DNA of 64,000 nt, from positions 16,561 to 80,560 of the forward strand of contig CAZQQI010000008.1 in the NCBI GenBank assembly GCA_964595465.1, read 5' to 3'. Positions 1 through 9,476 of this stretch are shown piece after piece (the stretch's first letter is position 1; every line of letters starts with the position of its first letter). The notes under the pieces are model-generated. The model saw only the letters and a list, made by a program, of their open reading frames with translations, was not told the origin of the DNA and searched no databases. A program made the translations under genes and the position numbers. This DNA comes from an uncultured Planctomycetales bacterium. Lineage in GTDB: Bacteria > Omnitrophota > Gorgyraeia > Zapsychrales > JANLHA01.

Positions 1-582
1 CGCCCGAACCGCTTTAAGTTCAGCCTTAAGGTCTTCGATCTCCTGGTCCTCACCCTGTTCCAATTCCTGCTGAGAAATTTCCTGCAGTTTCAATTCCAGG
101 GCCAATTCACGTTTCTGGACCTGCAGTTCAGAAAGCTTAACCTGCCAGATTTCAGTCTGCTTCTCTTCTTCCGCGAGCTTGCGGGCCAATGTCTGCTTCT
201 GATTCTCTATGTCGGCGATCTCCTGTCTGACTTCCTCGATCTGGGAGCGGACGCGTTCGGCGGTCCTCTGCTGATCCTGATGAAATTGTTTCAGATTCTG
301 ATTGCGCGTCTCCTGCTCAGCGATCTCCTCTTTAAGGGTGAGAACATCGCTCTGAACATCGGAGAGTTTTTCCTGCAGGAGGTCATATTCCGCGTTAAGC
401 CGTTCATTCTCACGTAAAAGCTGAGCGGTCTCTTCTTTAGCATCGCGGATCGTTGACCGCCAGGCATCTGTGCTCATGGTCCGGGCACGCCCGGAAGTCA
501 ATTCCTGCTCATCCTGAGCCTGTGCACAGGGCGCAACGCTCAACGCGAAAAAAGATAGGAATAATATCACTTTACTGATCAT
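1..582 (-). CDS. Secreted coiled-coil protein, runs off the left edge (absent from ORF track)
   Basis: Manual translation from ATG 582: MISKVILFLSFFALSVAPCAQAQDEQE..., a signal peptide ending AQA followed by E/Q/K/L heptad-rich sequence; no stop found before the window edge. Confidence 0.8.
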   Translation of the reverse strand, partial: MISKVILFLSFFALSVAPCAQAQDEQELTSGRARTMSTDAWRSTIRDAKEETAQLLRENERLNAEYDLLQEKLSDVQSDVLTLKEEIAEQETRNQNLKQFHQDQQRTAERVRSQIEEVRQEIADIENQKQTLARKLAEEEKQTEIWQVKLSELQVQKRELALELKLQEISQQELEQGEDQEIEDLKAELKAVRA

Positions 583-589
583 GGTATTC

Positions 590-619
590 ATTATAAACAC
601 AACTCAATCCGGCAGGCAA
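590..619 (-). promoter_or_regulatory. Sigma70-type promoter TTGCCT-18-TATAAT, 7 nt before the ATG (leaderless candidate)
   Basis: Minus strand ttgcct...tataat-gaatacc-ATG, no SD. Confidence 0.55.
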
Positions 620-629
620 ATAGAAAATC

Positions 630-2051
630 TTATATTTCATTTGAGTACACAACATAAGACACCGCCTGCTGATGCGGACGGTAAGTCTGCTTAGTCTGTT
701 CCAGCCGGGGGGAGGCGAAACTGTCCATGACATTGATCTTTTCAAAGTCCTGCAGCACAGGATCCCGGCAGAATTCCCGGAAAAGATATGCCGGCAAACC
801 TCTAACGCCGGGATCCGCGATCTCAAATACCACGCAAAAGGTTTTCTCCGACACGGAATATCCGAACGTATATCCAACAACGTGCCCGTTGCATTCTGCG
901 ATACGTCCGACCAAACCCAGACGCTGAGCGTCACGGACAGCCGCCGCGTGGACAATACGGTTCTCCTCCAACATAACCTGCACAACATCGTCGAGATTTC
1001 TTGCTGTTTTCTGTTCTGCCCAGCGCTCATAAAGCGATAGACAGGCCTCATAATCCCGCGGCTGATAAGGACGGAACACCATCCGATGCTGTGCCGCGCA
1101 GACATTATACTCATGCCTGCGGTTTTTATACGGTCTTCCTGCTAAGGCGGCGATTTCTTTACGGCAGTAAATGACCTCCGGCTCCCGCTCATACCAGCGG
1201 TAGCGGCCGGCGTCCAGCGTTTCAATAATCGCGAAAGGAACATGTTCCATGCGGACGTAAGCCGGATGCAGATTGATCTGCCGGAGACAGGCAAACGCCG
1301 CATCGATCGTCTCTGCAGAGCAGCTCTTGGCAAGAGGAGGAAAATAAAGAAAGGTGCCCAGGCGGTCTGTGGCGAAGAGACACACACTTCCCGAAATATC
1401 AACGGCATCAAAAGCGAAAAACGGCTCCCACATCGCCACCGCCGGGAAAGCGTAAGCGGAAAGATCTCTGCTGCCCGCATCTTTCAGCGCGCGCGCCAGC
1501 TCACTGCGCCGGCGAAAAACTTTCGGATCAATGACCGGATCGAGTACGGGCCATTCCGCAATAACGTCCAGCTCCTGATCATCAAGTTCATACTCCCGGA
1601 TCATGGCGGGGTTACGAAAAAAATAATTATAGACGTCCTGACGCCGAAGATATTTTCTCAAACCCTCTGCATACCGCTCATAAGACGGAGTCTGCCAGTT
1701 TTCCTGAATATAGGGACAGCTTAAGTGCGCGGCCAGAACAACGCGTCCGCCGTGACGCACCAGCATAAAAGGATAGATCCGGCATTCCAGCGGACGGGCT
1801 TCATAGATCAGGCAGCGATGCTCTTCAGGCTCCAGCTGAAGACACATCCCGTCGTCAGCAGTCTTTAAAAATCCCTGCGGGTCACACATTTCTGTCTGAG
1901 AAGATTGAGGATAAGATAACTGATTGCGGCAGCGCTCTTCGGCCGCCGTCAGCGGACGCCAGGGATCTTCGCCGGAAGAAAACCGGCAGCAGCCCCGGCA
2001 GGACAGACAATACTCGGAAGGAACAAAGGCGGGAAAATCAGCGAACATCAT
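630..2051 (-). CDS. YkgJ-type cysteine-cluster domain fused to a DUF2156 (MprF/FemX-like aminoacyl-transferase fold) domain
   Basis: N-terminal CLSCRGCC...CLQL...CLIYEARPLECRIYPF; C-terminal LAGRPYKNRRHEYN, VVGYTFG, VVFEIAD, GLPAYL, INVMD...LEQTKQTYRP. Confidence 0.75.
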   Translation of the reverse strand: MMFADFPAFVPSEYCLSCRGCCRFSSGEDPWRPLTAAEERCRNQLSYPQSSQTEMCDPQGFLKTADDGMCLQLEPEEHRCLIYEARPLECRIYPFMLVRHGGRVVLAAHLSCPYIQENWQTPSYERYAEGLRKYLRRQDVYNYFFRNPAMIREYELDDQELDVIAEWPVLDPVIDPKVFRRRSELARALKDAGSRDLSAYAFPAVAMWEPFFAFDAVDISGSVCLFATDRLGTFLYFPPLAKSCSAETIDAAFACLRQINLHPAYVRMEHVPFAIIETLDAGRYRWYEREPEVIYCRKEIAALAGRPYKNRRHEYNVCAAQHRMVFRPYQPRDYEACLSLYERWAEQKTARNLDDVVQVMLEENRIVHAAAVRDAQRLGLVGRIAECNGHVVGYTFGYSVSEKTFCVVFEIADPGVRGLPAYLFREFCRDPVLQDFEKINVMDSFASPRLEQTKQTYRPHQQAVSYVVYSNEI

Positions 2052-2467
2052 TCCCCCATGATCTGGACCACCAGCTCGCGCTGGCGCGCGCGCACATCAA
2101 AATCAATAAAAATGATCTGCTGCCATGTCCCCAGGACCATCTGTCCGTTTGTGAACGGGATGGTGACCGACGGGCCGACCAGCGAGGCGCGCAGATGAGA
2201 ATGCCCGTTGCCGTCTCCCCAGGTGTCATCATGATGATACCGTCCTGCGGGGATCAGCTTATCCATGAGCTCCGGAATATCCTGGACCAGGCCGGGCTCA
2301 TATTCACACGTTGTCAGCGCGCCGGTCGAGCCGATCACGCTGACCGTCACAAGACCCGCTGCAAGACCGGCAGCGGCCACCTTCTCCTGCACCTCGTCGG
2401 TTATATTGATAACCTGGGCATTCCCTTCTGTCTGGCATTGGATCTGTTCCGTTATGACCGCCATCAT
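2048..2467 (-). CDS. yjbQ: YjbQ / secondary thiamine-phosphate synthase family (UPF0047)
   Basis: GSTGALTTCEYEPGL, NGHSHLRASLVG, LGTWQQIIFIDFD motifs; start trimmed to the ATG after the GAGGGG SD. Confidence 0.9.
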   Translation of the reverse strand: MMAVITEQIQCQTEGNAQVINITDEVQEKVAAAGLAAGLVTVSVIGSTGALTTCEYEPGLVQDIPELMDKLIPAGRYHHDDTWGDGNGHSHLRASLVGPSVTIPFTNGQMVLGTWQQIIFIDFDVRARQRELVVQIMGE

Positions 2468-2569
2468 GCCCCCTCTTATAACTTTCCACACGCCCATCAC
2501 GAACGGCTTCAAAACAGGCTGAACCGGATACGCTTCTTCCGCCCAATCTGCAGGCGTTGTTCCGCAGTG

Positions 2570-2890
2570 TTACCGTATCCGTGTCCCGGCAGGAACATCT
2601 TTCTCCGGTGTCAACAGCACCGCGCCCTCTTCTCCTGACGCGGCAAGCAGCATGCCCTGAGATTCCTGTCCGCGGATAACAGCCGGCTGGAGATTGTCGA
2701 TCACAATGATCTTTTTCCCGATTAATTCCTCAGCAGTATACGCGCCGCGTATTCCCGCGACCAGCTGTTTCTCTTCCCTCCCATTGTCGATTTTCAAGAC
2801 AAATAATTTATCCGCATCTGGATGATCTGCCGCCGCTTTGATTTCCGCGACGACCAGCTGCATTTCGGCGAAGTCCTGAATCGTAACCAT
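2570..2890 (-). CDS. Stand-alone tRNA-binding OB-fold protein (MetRS C-terminal/Trbp111/CsaA family)
   Basis: HPDADKLFVLKID...KQLVAGIR...NLQPAVIRGQESQGMLLAA. Confidence 0.9.
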   Translation of the reverse strand: MVTIQDFAEMQLVVAEIKAAADHPDADKLFVLKIDNGREEKQLVAGIRGAYTAEELIGKKIIVIDNLQPAVIRGQESQGMLLAASGEEGAVLLTPEKDVPAGTRIR

Positions 2891-2969
2891 ACACTCGACC
2901 TTTCGTTTCCTTTTAATTAAGACTGATGTTTTTAAAATCACGGCAGCTGAATAGGGCCCAAAGCGAAAT

Positions 2970-3653
2970 TCATTTCAAAGATGGGCCGTGGCAGCTGCAG
3001 GTGCATCCCGGCGGCTGCTCCCCGTCTTTAACAAAAAGCAGCGGAAAAATAATGTCACTGACACAGCAGGGCAGCCAGACCGCTAAAAATAAAAAGAGAA
3101 AGATCCCGAAGTATGCTGTTGGCTGAGCGTGGTCATGGGCCATGATGACATGAAACAGAGATGCCCAGGTGCTGAGCAGAACATGCGAGGCATGCGGCAG
3201 CTTGGTCCAGGGACGAACATAAGCGATCATAATCCCGGCCAATGCCATCCCATTGATCAGAAACGGACGCTCAAGAAAGCCGGCATGGACCTCAGCGTGG
3301 GGCATTTCCATCAGCACCTCCCCCCAGAAAGGGATCAGCGAATCACTCAAGGTCGTCACCCCGATCGACCCGACATATCCCACCAGCAGCACCTTCCACC
3401 ATTTGCGCCCCGGCTCGCTCCGGCTTTTCGGCTTGTACCGGCAGTACAGCGCTGTAGTCACCATAGCACTGAGGACAACATGGGCAGGATGTAAAATATA
3501 AAATACGCCATGGGCAGCCTCCCGGCTCATCGTCCGGAAGATCATCATGACCAGGATCCCGGTCATAGCGCCGAACAAGGTGAACGGCGCATGCTGACGC
3601 AATTCAGAAAGGATCCGGACATGAAGGGGCGGTGGCGGGCTGGGGATGGTCAT
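2970..3653 (-). CDS. Uncharacterised polytopic membrane protein, His/Cys-rich
   Basis: About 6 hydrophobic segments; HAPFT, HPAHVVLSA, PHASHVLLS, PCCVSDIIFP, C-terminal CTCSCH. Confidence 0.75.
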   Translation of the reverse strand: MTIPSPPPPLHVRILSELRQHAPFTLFGAMTGILVMMIFRTMSREAAHGVFYILHPAHVVLSAMVTTALYCRYKPKSRSEPGRKWWKVLLVGYVGSIGVTTLSDSLIPFWGEVLMEMPHAEVHAGFLERPFLINGMALAGIMIAYVRPWTKLPHASHVLLSTWASLFHVIMAHDHAQPTAYFGIFLFLFLAVWLPCCVSDIIFPLLFVKDGEQPPGCTCSCHGPSLK

Positions 3654-4336
3654 TCCTGCTCCTTTTCCTGCTGGGCGATCTTTTCCATACGACGCGCGAT
3701 CACCAAAATATTCTCTAAATGCCGATCGATCGAAGACGGGTTATGACGAAGGTCAAACATCCCCGGCTGAAGGTCTCCGACCGCGGAAAAACGGACAATG
3801 ATCTGACCGTCGATGATCTCCAGGGTCATAGCGGGCTTACCGCGGGAATCCCGGTTTTTATATTTTGCCATGATCCTGACCACGCCCTCGTCTTCCAACA
3901 GGGCGTTTGCCAAACGCACATTATTGGAATAGATGCCGTATTCCTTGAACTCAGGCGGGATCATAACCTGATCGGAACCATGAATGCTGTGTCCGCCGCT
4001 GAGAGACGCCGGGCTGGAACGGATCTCACTGCGCATATGTTCGGTAAAGCCTAAATTCACATGAAGCGATGTTTTAAGGCGCAGATAACCCCGATAGACC
4101 TTTTGACCGGCGGCAAAGTCCTCGATATCCTCAAAGGTAAAGGTGCCGCCCCGGTAAATAAAGGTAATGGCATAGCAATTCTCACGATGCTCGATAGGAG
4201 TTTTCACGCCTCCGTATTCAGCGATCATCTCATCATGATGGCGTTCCCGGGCATCTTTTCTCCCAACAGAGGTCGCGGTCAGATAAACGATCGCGCCGAG
4301 CATCGCGGCAATAATCCAGAATGCCCATCCCGGCAT
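3650..4336 (-). CDS. Hypothetical protein with N-terminal membrane anchor
   Basis: ATG 4336 after a GGGAGG SD; WAFWIIAAMLGAIVYL helix; stop overlaps the next start. Confidence 0.7.
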   Translation of the reverse strand: MPGWAFWIIAAMLGAIVYLTATSVGRKDARERHHDEMIAEYGGVKTPIEHRENCYAITFIYRGGTFTFEDIEDFAAGQKVYRGYLRLKTSLHVNLGFTEHMRSEIRSSPASLSGGHSIHGSDQVMIPPEFKEYGIYSNNVRLANALLEDEGVVRIMAKYKNRDSRGKPAMTLEIIDGQIIVRFSAVGDLQPGMFDLRHNPSSIDRHLENILVIARRMEKIAQQEKEQE

Positions 4337-4409
4337 ACGTTCCTCCCTTTTTGTGTTTCTTAAAATGACACCAGGTATTTTAACGGCAATCGCGGATGAT
4401 ATGCAATCA

Positions 4410-5717
4410 TTATTTCGCCGTGCCGTCATCTTTAAACGGACCGTCTTCATTCTTAACGGCAGCCTGTTTAATCAGACCGGCCAATTTGCGCGTAAGACTG
4501 GCCCGCAGATTGATTGTATCATTATAATACTTAACCGAAAAAACCTGCCCTTCCTTGTGGGCAAGATTGATCAGGTCCATTCGCGTGATCGGGATCAGCA
4601 CGTCGACCTCTTCCAGCAGACCGGATAAATCTTCAATAATCTTGTGCGCCAGGACATCACAATTCTCCCCGGTGCTGGCCGAAACCGCCACCGGATTAGC
4701 AATTCCTCCGTAAACACCTGCAAACCAGGACCGGTCATCTATGCGGTCGATCTTATTAAGAACGGTGATGACCGGCTTCTCTCCCGCGCCTAATTCCTTC
4801 AGCACGGCATTGACCGAATCGTAATAATCCCGGAACTTCGGGTGGCTGACATCCAGGACATGCAGCAGAAGATCGGCCTGCATGACCTCTTCCAGGGTCG
4901 CCTTAAACGATTCGATCAGGTCATGCGGAAGATTGTGCATAAACCCTACGGTATCAGAAAGGACCACCTTCTGATGATTCGGCAGAACCATCTGCCGGGA
5001 AAGAGAGTCCAGCGTCGTAAATAACCCGTCACGGGTGATCTGCCTGGCCCCGGTCAGGGCATTCAGCAGTGTCGACTTCCCCGCATTGGTATAACCGACC
5101 AGAGAGATCACCGGAACACCGCGTTCCTGACGCTGTTTTCGCTTTACAGAACGGTTGGACACCACATCCTTTAATTTCTGTTTTAAATGTGCGATACGGA
5201 TACCGATCTTGCGCCGGTCGGTTTCAAGTTTGGTCTCACCGGGTCCGAGGGTTCCAATCCCTCCCCCCGGACGGGACATGGTCTGACCGTGCCCGGCCAG
5301 ACGGGGAAGAAGATACTCCATCTGCGCCAGTTCGACCTGCATCCGCCCCTCCCTGGTCCGGGCATGGCGCGCGAAAATATCCAGGATCAGCTGAGTGCGG
5401 TCGATGACCTTAACCCCCAGGTCCTTTTCCAGGTTGCGCTGCTGAATCCCCTTAAGGTCTTCGCTGAAGATAACCGTATCAATATCGCCCACGGAAGAAC
5501 GCACAAAAAGCTCATTCACCTTTCCTTTCCCGATAAGGTGCGACGGGGTAAACGTCTCGACAGGGCAGATCACCTGATCAACCACTTTTCCGCCGCAGGA
5601 CAAAATCAGTTCGCGCATTTCGTCGGCAATATCTTCAGAACTCCATCCTCCGCGCTCCTTATGATCCACCACAACGGATAAAACATTTTCTCTGGCTGTT
5701 TTCTGAGCATTGCTCAT
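4410..5717 (-). CDS. hflX: GTPase HflX
   Basis: DRTQLILDIFA, GPGETKLETDRR, GYTNAGKST, DTVGF, NKID. Confidence 0.97.
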   Translation of the reverse strand: MSNAQKTARENVLSVVVDHKERGGWSSEDIADEMRELILSCGGKVVDQVICPVETFTPSHLIGKGKVNELFVRSSVGDIDTVIFSEDLKGIQQRNLEKDLGVKVIDRTQLILDIFARHARTREGRMQVELAQMEYLLPRLAGHGQTMSRPGGGIGTLGPGETKLETDRRKIGIRIAHLKQKLKDVVSNRSVKRKQRQERGVPVISLVGYTNAGKSTLLNALTGARQITRDGLFTTLDSLSRQMVLPNHQKVVLSDTVGFMHNLPHDLIESFKATLEEVMQADLLLHVLDVSHPKFRDYYDSVNAVLKELGAGEKPVITVLNKIDRIDDRSWFAGVYGGIANPVAVSASTGENCDVLAHKIIEDLSGLLEEVDVLIPITRMDLINLAHKEGQVFSVKYYNDTINLRASLTRKLAGLIKQAAVKNEDGPFKDDGTAK

Positions 5718-5766
5718 GGAGTCTCCCTCTCTGTAGACATCATCATCCGACCATTGGTCAGTTCAA

Positions 5767-6702
5767 TTATGCTGACATCTGATCGATCATTTTCTGCGCC
5801 GTCACACCATGCGGCTCTTCGTCACTCAACTCGATCCATTGCAGTCCCGGTTCTCTGCGGAACCACGTCATTTGCCTTTTGGCCAAATGACGGGTCCTCT
5901 TTTTCATCTCTGCGGCAGCCTCATCTAAGGACCATTTCCCTGAGAGATAGCGGCGCATCTCCGCCACCCCAATGATAGCAGCCGCTGTCCGGCTCAGGTT
6001 GACACCCTCAAGCGAACGCACCTCATCGACCAGGCCCTGCTCAAGCATTGCCTCAACGCGCCGGTCAATACGGTTATACAGCTGCTGCCGCGGCATCCTT
6101 AATCCGAAAACCTTCACCCGGTATTCATCTCTCAACCCGGAACGCTCCCTGCGGACATCAGAAAACCTTCTCCCGGTCATTTTACAAACTTCCAATGCAC
6201 GTATCACCCGACGAGTATTCTGCGGTGAGATCGCCTTCGCGGACAGCGCATCAAGGGCCTTAAGCTCCTGATGCAATTCAGCAGTATTTCCCGCGGCGGC
6301 GCGTTGTTCAAGATCCCTGCGTAAAGCAGGCTCCGGATCCGGACAGTTAAATATTCCGTCCAGGAGACCCCGCGCGTAAAGACCGGATCCGCCGGCAATA
6401 ACCGGCATACGTTCTCTCGTCATGACCCCTTCTAAAACCTCTTGGGCACATTCAACAAAACGGCCCACATTAAAAAGCTCATCCAGCGGGATGATCCCGA
6501 TCATATGATGCGGGACAGCTTCACGCTCTCGTGCAGAAGGCTTATTGGTCGCGATCGGCAGCCCTTCATAGACCTGCATCGCATCACAGGATATGATCTC
6601 CCCTGACAGCCGGCTGGCAGCTTCAACGGCCACCGCTGTTTTCCCCACTGCTGTCGGTCCGACAATAAAAACCTGGTCATATAAAATACGGCTCTTCCTC
6701 AC
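5767..6702 (-). CDS. miaA: tRNA dimethylallyltransferase
   Basis: GPTAVGKT, SCDAMQVY, GGSGLY, RRVIRALE, AKRQMTWFR. Confidence 0.97.
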   Translation of the reverse strand: MRKSRILYDQVFIVGPTAVGKTAVAVEAASRLSGEIISCDAMQVYEGLPIATNKPSAREREAVPHHMIGIIPLDELFNVGRFVECAQEVLEGVMTRERMPVIAGGSGLYARGLLDGIFNCPDPEPALRRDLEQRAAAGNTAELHQELKALDALSAKAISPQNTRRVIRALEVCKMTGRRFSDVRRERSGLRDEYRVKVFGLRMPRQQLYNRIDRRVEAMLEQGLVDEVRSLEGVNLSRTAAAIIGVAEMRRYLSGKWSLDEAAAEMKKRTRHLAKRQMTWFRREPGLQWIELSDEEPHGVTAQKMIDQMSA

Positions 6703-6709
6703 AATAATG

Positions 6710-7279
6710 CTACCGCCTTTCCCGATTGCCGATGATCAGCCTTTCCCCGTCTGATGAGCGCCTGTCCTGAATCCCTCTGAAATCTTCTTCAGCAGCCGGA
6801 ACTCGCCTGATATATCGACGCTGATAGTCTGATTTTTGAAGATGGCGCCGGCGAATTTTACGTCGTTTTTCTACGGACATATCTCTCCAAAGCCGAAAGC
6901 GTTTTCGCAGATCAGCTTTTTGCTCTGCGGACATATCCTGCCAACGCACATACCGCTCGCGGATCTGCTGCCGCCGCGCAAGAGGCAAAGCCTGAAAACG
7001 GCGCCAATGGCGGACGATCTTTCTGCGCTCTTCAGGACCCATCCGACGGAAGTACTGATAAGCCCGCGCAATACGCTGTTTCCTTTCCGGGCTCAATTTC
7101 TCTCCGGGATGAATATCATTACGTTCGATGTCGAAATTATACTGTTCAAGGACCTGCAGATCTTCCTCATTACCTGTCTGCGCAAAAGCCTTTCCTCCAG
7201 CGGACAAAACAATCAGAACCGCGGTCATTATAAACGAAAAATTTTTAACACATTTACTGCCCTGCATCCTGCCCTTCAA
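6710..7279 (-). CDS. DUF3106-like exported protein with W/R-rich helical repeats
   Basis: Signal-like segment then repeats FRRMGPEERRKI / FQALPLARRQQI / WQDMSAEQKADL / WRDMSVEKRRKI; typical third gene of ECF-antisigma operons; start codon uncertain. Confidence 0.75.
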   Translation of the reverse strand: MKGRMQGSKCVKNFSFIMTAVLIVLSAGGKAFAQTGNEEDLQVLEQYNFDIERNDIHPGEKLSPERKQRIARAYQYFRRMGPEERRKIVRHWRRFQALPLARRQQIRERYVRWQDMSAEQKADLRKRFRLWRDMSVEKRRKIRRRHLQKSDYQRRYIRRVPAAEEDFRGIQDRRSSDGERLIIGNRERR

Positions 7280-7763
7280 TTTCCTGTAGAATATCTAATT
7301 GCTCAAGCAGCTCTAAATCCTTGAGCAGTTCATAATCTTCGGCTAATTGCAAATTCTCCATCATTTCGATCTCCGCCGCCGTCAATGTGGTCAAAACTTT
7401 TTCTGTCTGCACAACAGAAAACCAAAGCTTCCACACCACTACGGAAATGAAAAAAAGAACAGCCAGCGTCGCTGCGATCGGCAGAACAGCTGAGTATTTT
7501 TGCCGGAAAAAAACAGGACTCAGCCAACTCTTCCATGCCTTGTCCGGCTGACGTCTTCGCCAGAATCTGGCCACATATCCCGGCTCAGGATCCTGATCCT
7601 CCCACTCGGCCATCAAACGCCACGTCTGCTGATACCGGTCCAATTCTTGCGCGCATTCCCCGCAGGAGAGCAGATGCTCACGCAGAACCTGCTCCTGAGA
7701 CGGCTGCAATTCGCCGCTCAGAAAGGAAGGGATACGGGCTTTGATCTGCTGACAATCCTTCAT
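7254..7763 (-). CDS. Membrane-anchored zinc-binding anti-sigma factor (zf-HC2)
   Basis: MKDC...EHLLSCGEC (HxxxCxxC) and one TM helix; next to the ECF sigma. Confidence 0.9.
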   Translation of the reverse strand: MKDCQQIKARIPSFLSGELQPSQEQVLREHLLSCGECAQELDRYQQTWRLMAEWEDQDPEPGYVARFWRRRQPDKAWKSWLSPVFFRQKYSAVLPIAATLAVLFFISVVVWKLWFSVVQTEKVLTTLTAAEIEMMENLQLAEDYELLKDLELLEQLDILQEIEGQDAGQ

Positions 7764-7805
7764 GAATTCTCCAATAAATTGCCCCCCGCGGCGGCAGACA
7801 TAGCA

Positions 7806-8339
7806 TTATGAATATTCCAGATGATCATTTAACGCCTTCCGCAGGCCGCCCCGGGCCTGACTCAATAAAGACTTTACCGCCGGAACCGATGTCCGCAGGA
7901 TCACGGCAATCTCATCGTAGGATTTCCGCTCATAACGAAAGAGCACCACAGCCGCTCTCTGATGATACGGCAGATTCATGACAGCCTTCCGTACGGCCGC
8001 TGCGCGGACACCATCTCGATCATCACCTGCCGGTAAAGACCCTCTGTCCGCTCCGTGACTCAAACCACCCCGCTGATGCTGCTGAAAACACAAACTCTGC
8101 GCCTGCCTGTACAGGCGGGATACAAATGTTCCCGTTTCCCCTTCCTCTGCTCCGGCATTCTCATAGACATGCACAAATGTCTCCCGGCTCAATGTCTCAG
8201 CCAGATCACCGCTGCCGAACATCCGGTAAAGAAAATTATATATGCGTTTATAATACTTGCGCATTAAATGCTCTAGGGCGGCATCATTCCCTTGAAGAAA
8301 CTCCTGCAAAAATACCTGATCTGGATCGCGGGCAGACAT
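7806..8339 (-). CDS. ECF-type RNA polymerase sigma factor (divergent region 2)
   Basis: Region 4 LPYHQRAAVVLFRYERKSYDEIAVILRTSVPAVKSLLSQAR; region 2 recognisable but divergent. Confidence 0.85.
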   Translation of the reverse strand: MSARDPDQVFLQEFLQGNDAALEHLMRKYYKRIYNFLYRMFGSGDLAETLSRETFVHVYENAGAEEGETGTFVSRLYRQAQSLCFQQHQRGGLSHGADRGSLPAGDDRDGVRAAAVRKAVMNLPYHQRAAVVLFRYERKSYDEIAVILRTSVPAVKSLLSQARGGLRKALNDHLEYS

Positions 8340-8535
8340 CTATTCTCCCTATAAAACCCTGTTGAAATTTTATGCCATGAAAATAATCGGACACGCGTAT
8401 CACATGAAAAAAGGAAGGAGAGGAATCATGCTTTACATAAAAAACACCTTAGGATAAAAAACGGATAGCAATGACAGCACATCACCCTCTTCGAAAAAGC
8501 GCAATACCATTAACAAACGGCAAAGCCTCTTTGAT

Positions 8536-9429
8536 CTAAAAGCTGTATTCCAAAGCATAAATGAGACGGTAATCATTATCTTTACTGCCGGCAGCCGGAT
8601 CTGCGTTGTACTCATCAATAAAACTCAGCCGGCATGACAAACGGTCATTCAGAGAATGTTTTAATGAGGTTTCCGAACGGAGACGGTATTGATCATAGCC
8701 GTCGACAGGAACATAGCCGATCAGATCCTGACTGAAGCGGAGCTTCTCCATAATCAGGCGCTCATAATACACCCGCGGAGTGAGCAGCGCTTCATTCGAA
8801 CTGGCTCCGGTACGGTAATTGGTATATTCATGAGCAACAGCCAATTCAGTCATCAGCTTATACTCCTCACCATCCGCGAACCAGCAGCCTAGACCCGTTG
8901 CCGGTGTCAGGCGATAATCGATATCAGAAAAACGGTCGTGATCGGCCTCCAGGCGGTAGAAATGATACCAGTGTTTTTTGGGCCCAAACGAATACGCGTA
9001 CCGCCCCAGGATATACCATTGCTGAGCATCCATTTTCCCTTCAGAAGACGCGTAATAGAGCGAGCCTTTAAAGGTGGTTTCATCCTGCTCCGTCTTGCGG
9101 TTCATCTTGAGTTCGCCGTTCGCCTGGGTCTTGACCGTGTTGCCTCCCCAACGGCTGTAGCCGGCGGACAGGGAACGGTCCCATTTCACCCTGTCCTCCT
9201 TGGGATGTTCTGCAGAAGGACATTCCTCATAACACGGTCTCTCGACAAACGCGCGGTCCAGGGTTACCTTGCCCATAGCCTCGGTTGCTATGGTTAGGGA
9301 CTCCGCACTATCCTGGAGAATGGTCCCGCTGATACGGTCCCCATTGGTCAAGACCACCTCTGCCGCCTTTGCCGGCCTGACAGACAGCACCAGAAAACCA
9401 ATAAACAGAAAAAACATAATGTAACGCAT
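8536..9429 (-). CDS. DUF481/YdiY-like outer-membrane beta-barrel protein
   Basis: Signal peptide AKA, VVLTNGDRISG N-domain, GNT motif, alternating beta strands, C-terminal LEYSF. Confidence 0.85.
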   Translation of the reverse strand: MRYIMFFLFIGFLVLSVRPAKAAEVVLTNGDRISGTILQDSAESLTIATEAMGKVTLDRAFVERPCYEECPSAEHPKEDRVKWDRSLSAGYSRWGGNTVKTQANGELKMNRKTEQDETTFKGSLYYASSEGKMDAQQWYILGRYAYSFGPKKHWYHFYRLEADHDRFSDIDYRLTPATGLGCWFADGEEYKLMTELAVAHEYTNYRTGASSNEALLTPRVYYERLIMEKLRFSQDLIGYVPVDGYDQYRLRSETSLKHSLNDRLSCRLSFIDEYNADPAAGSKDNDYRLIYALEYSF

Positions 9430-9476
9430 CGGCCGTCCCTTTGTCCTTTTAACCATCCTCCTAAACAGATTCACCT

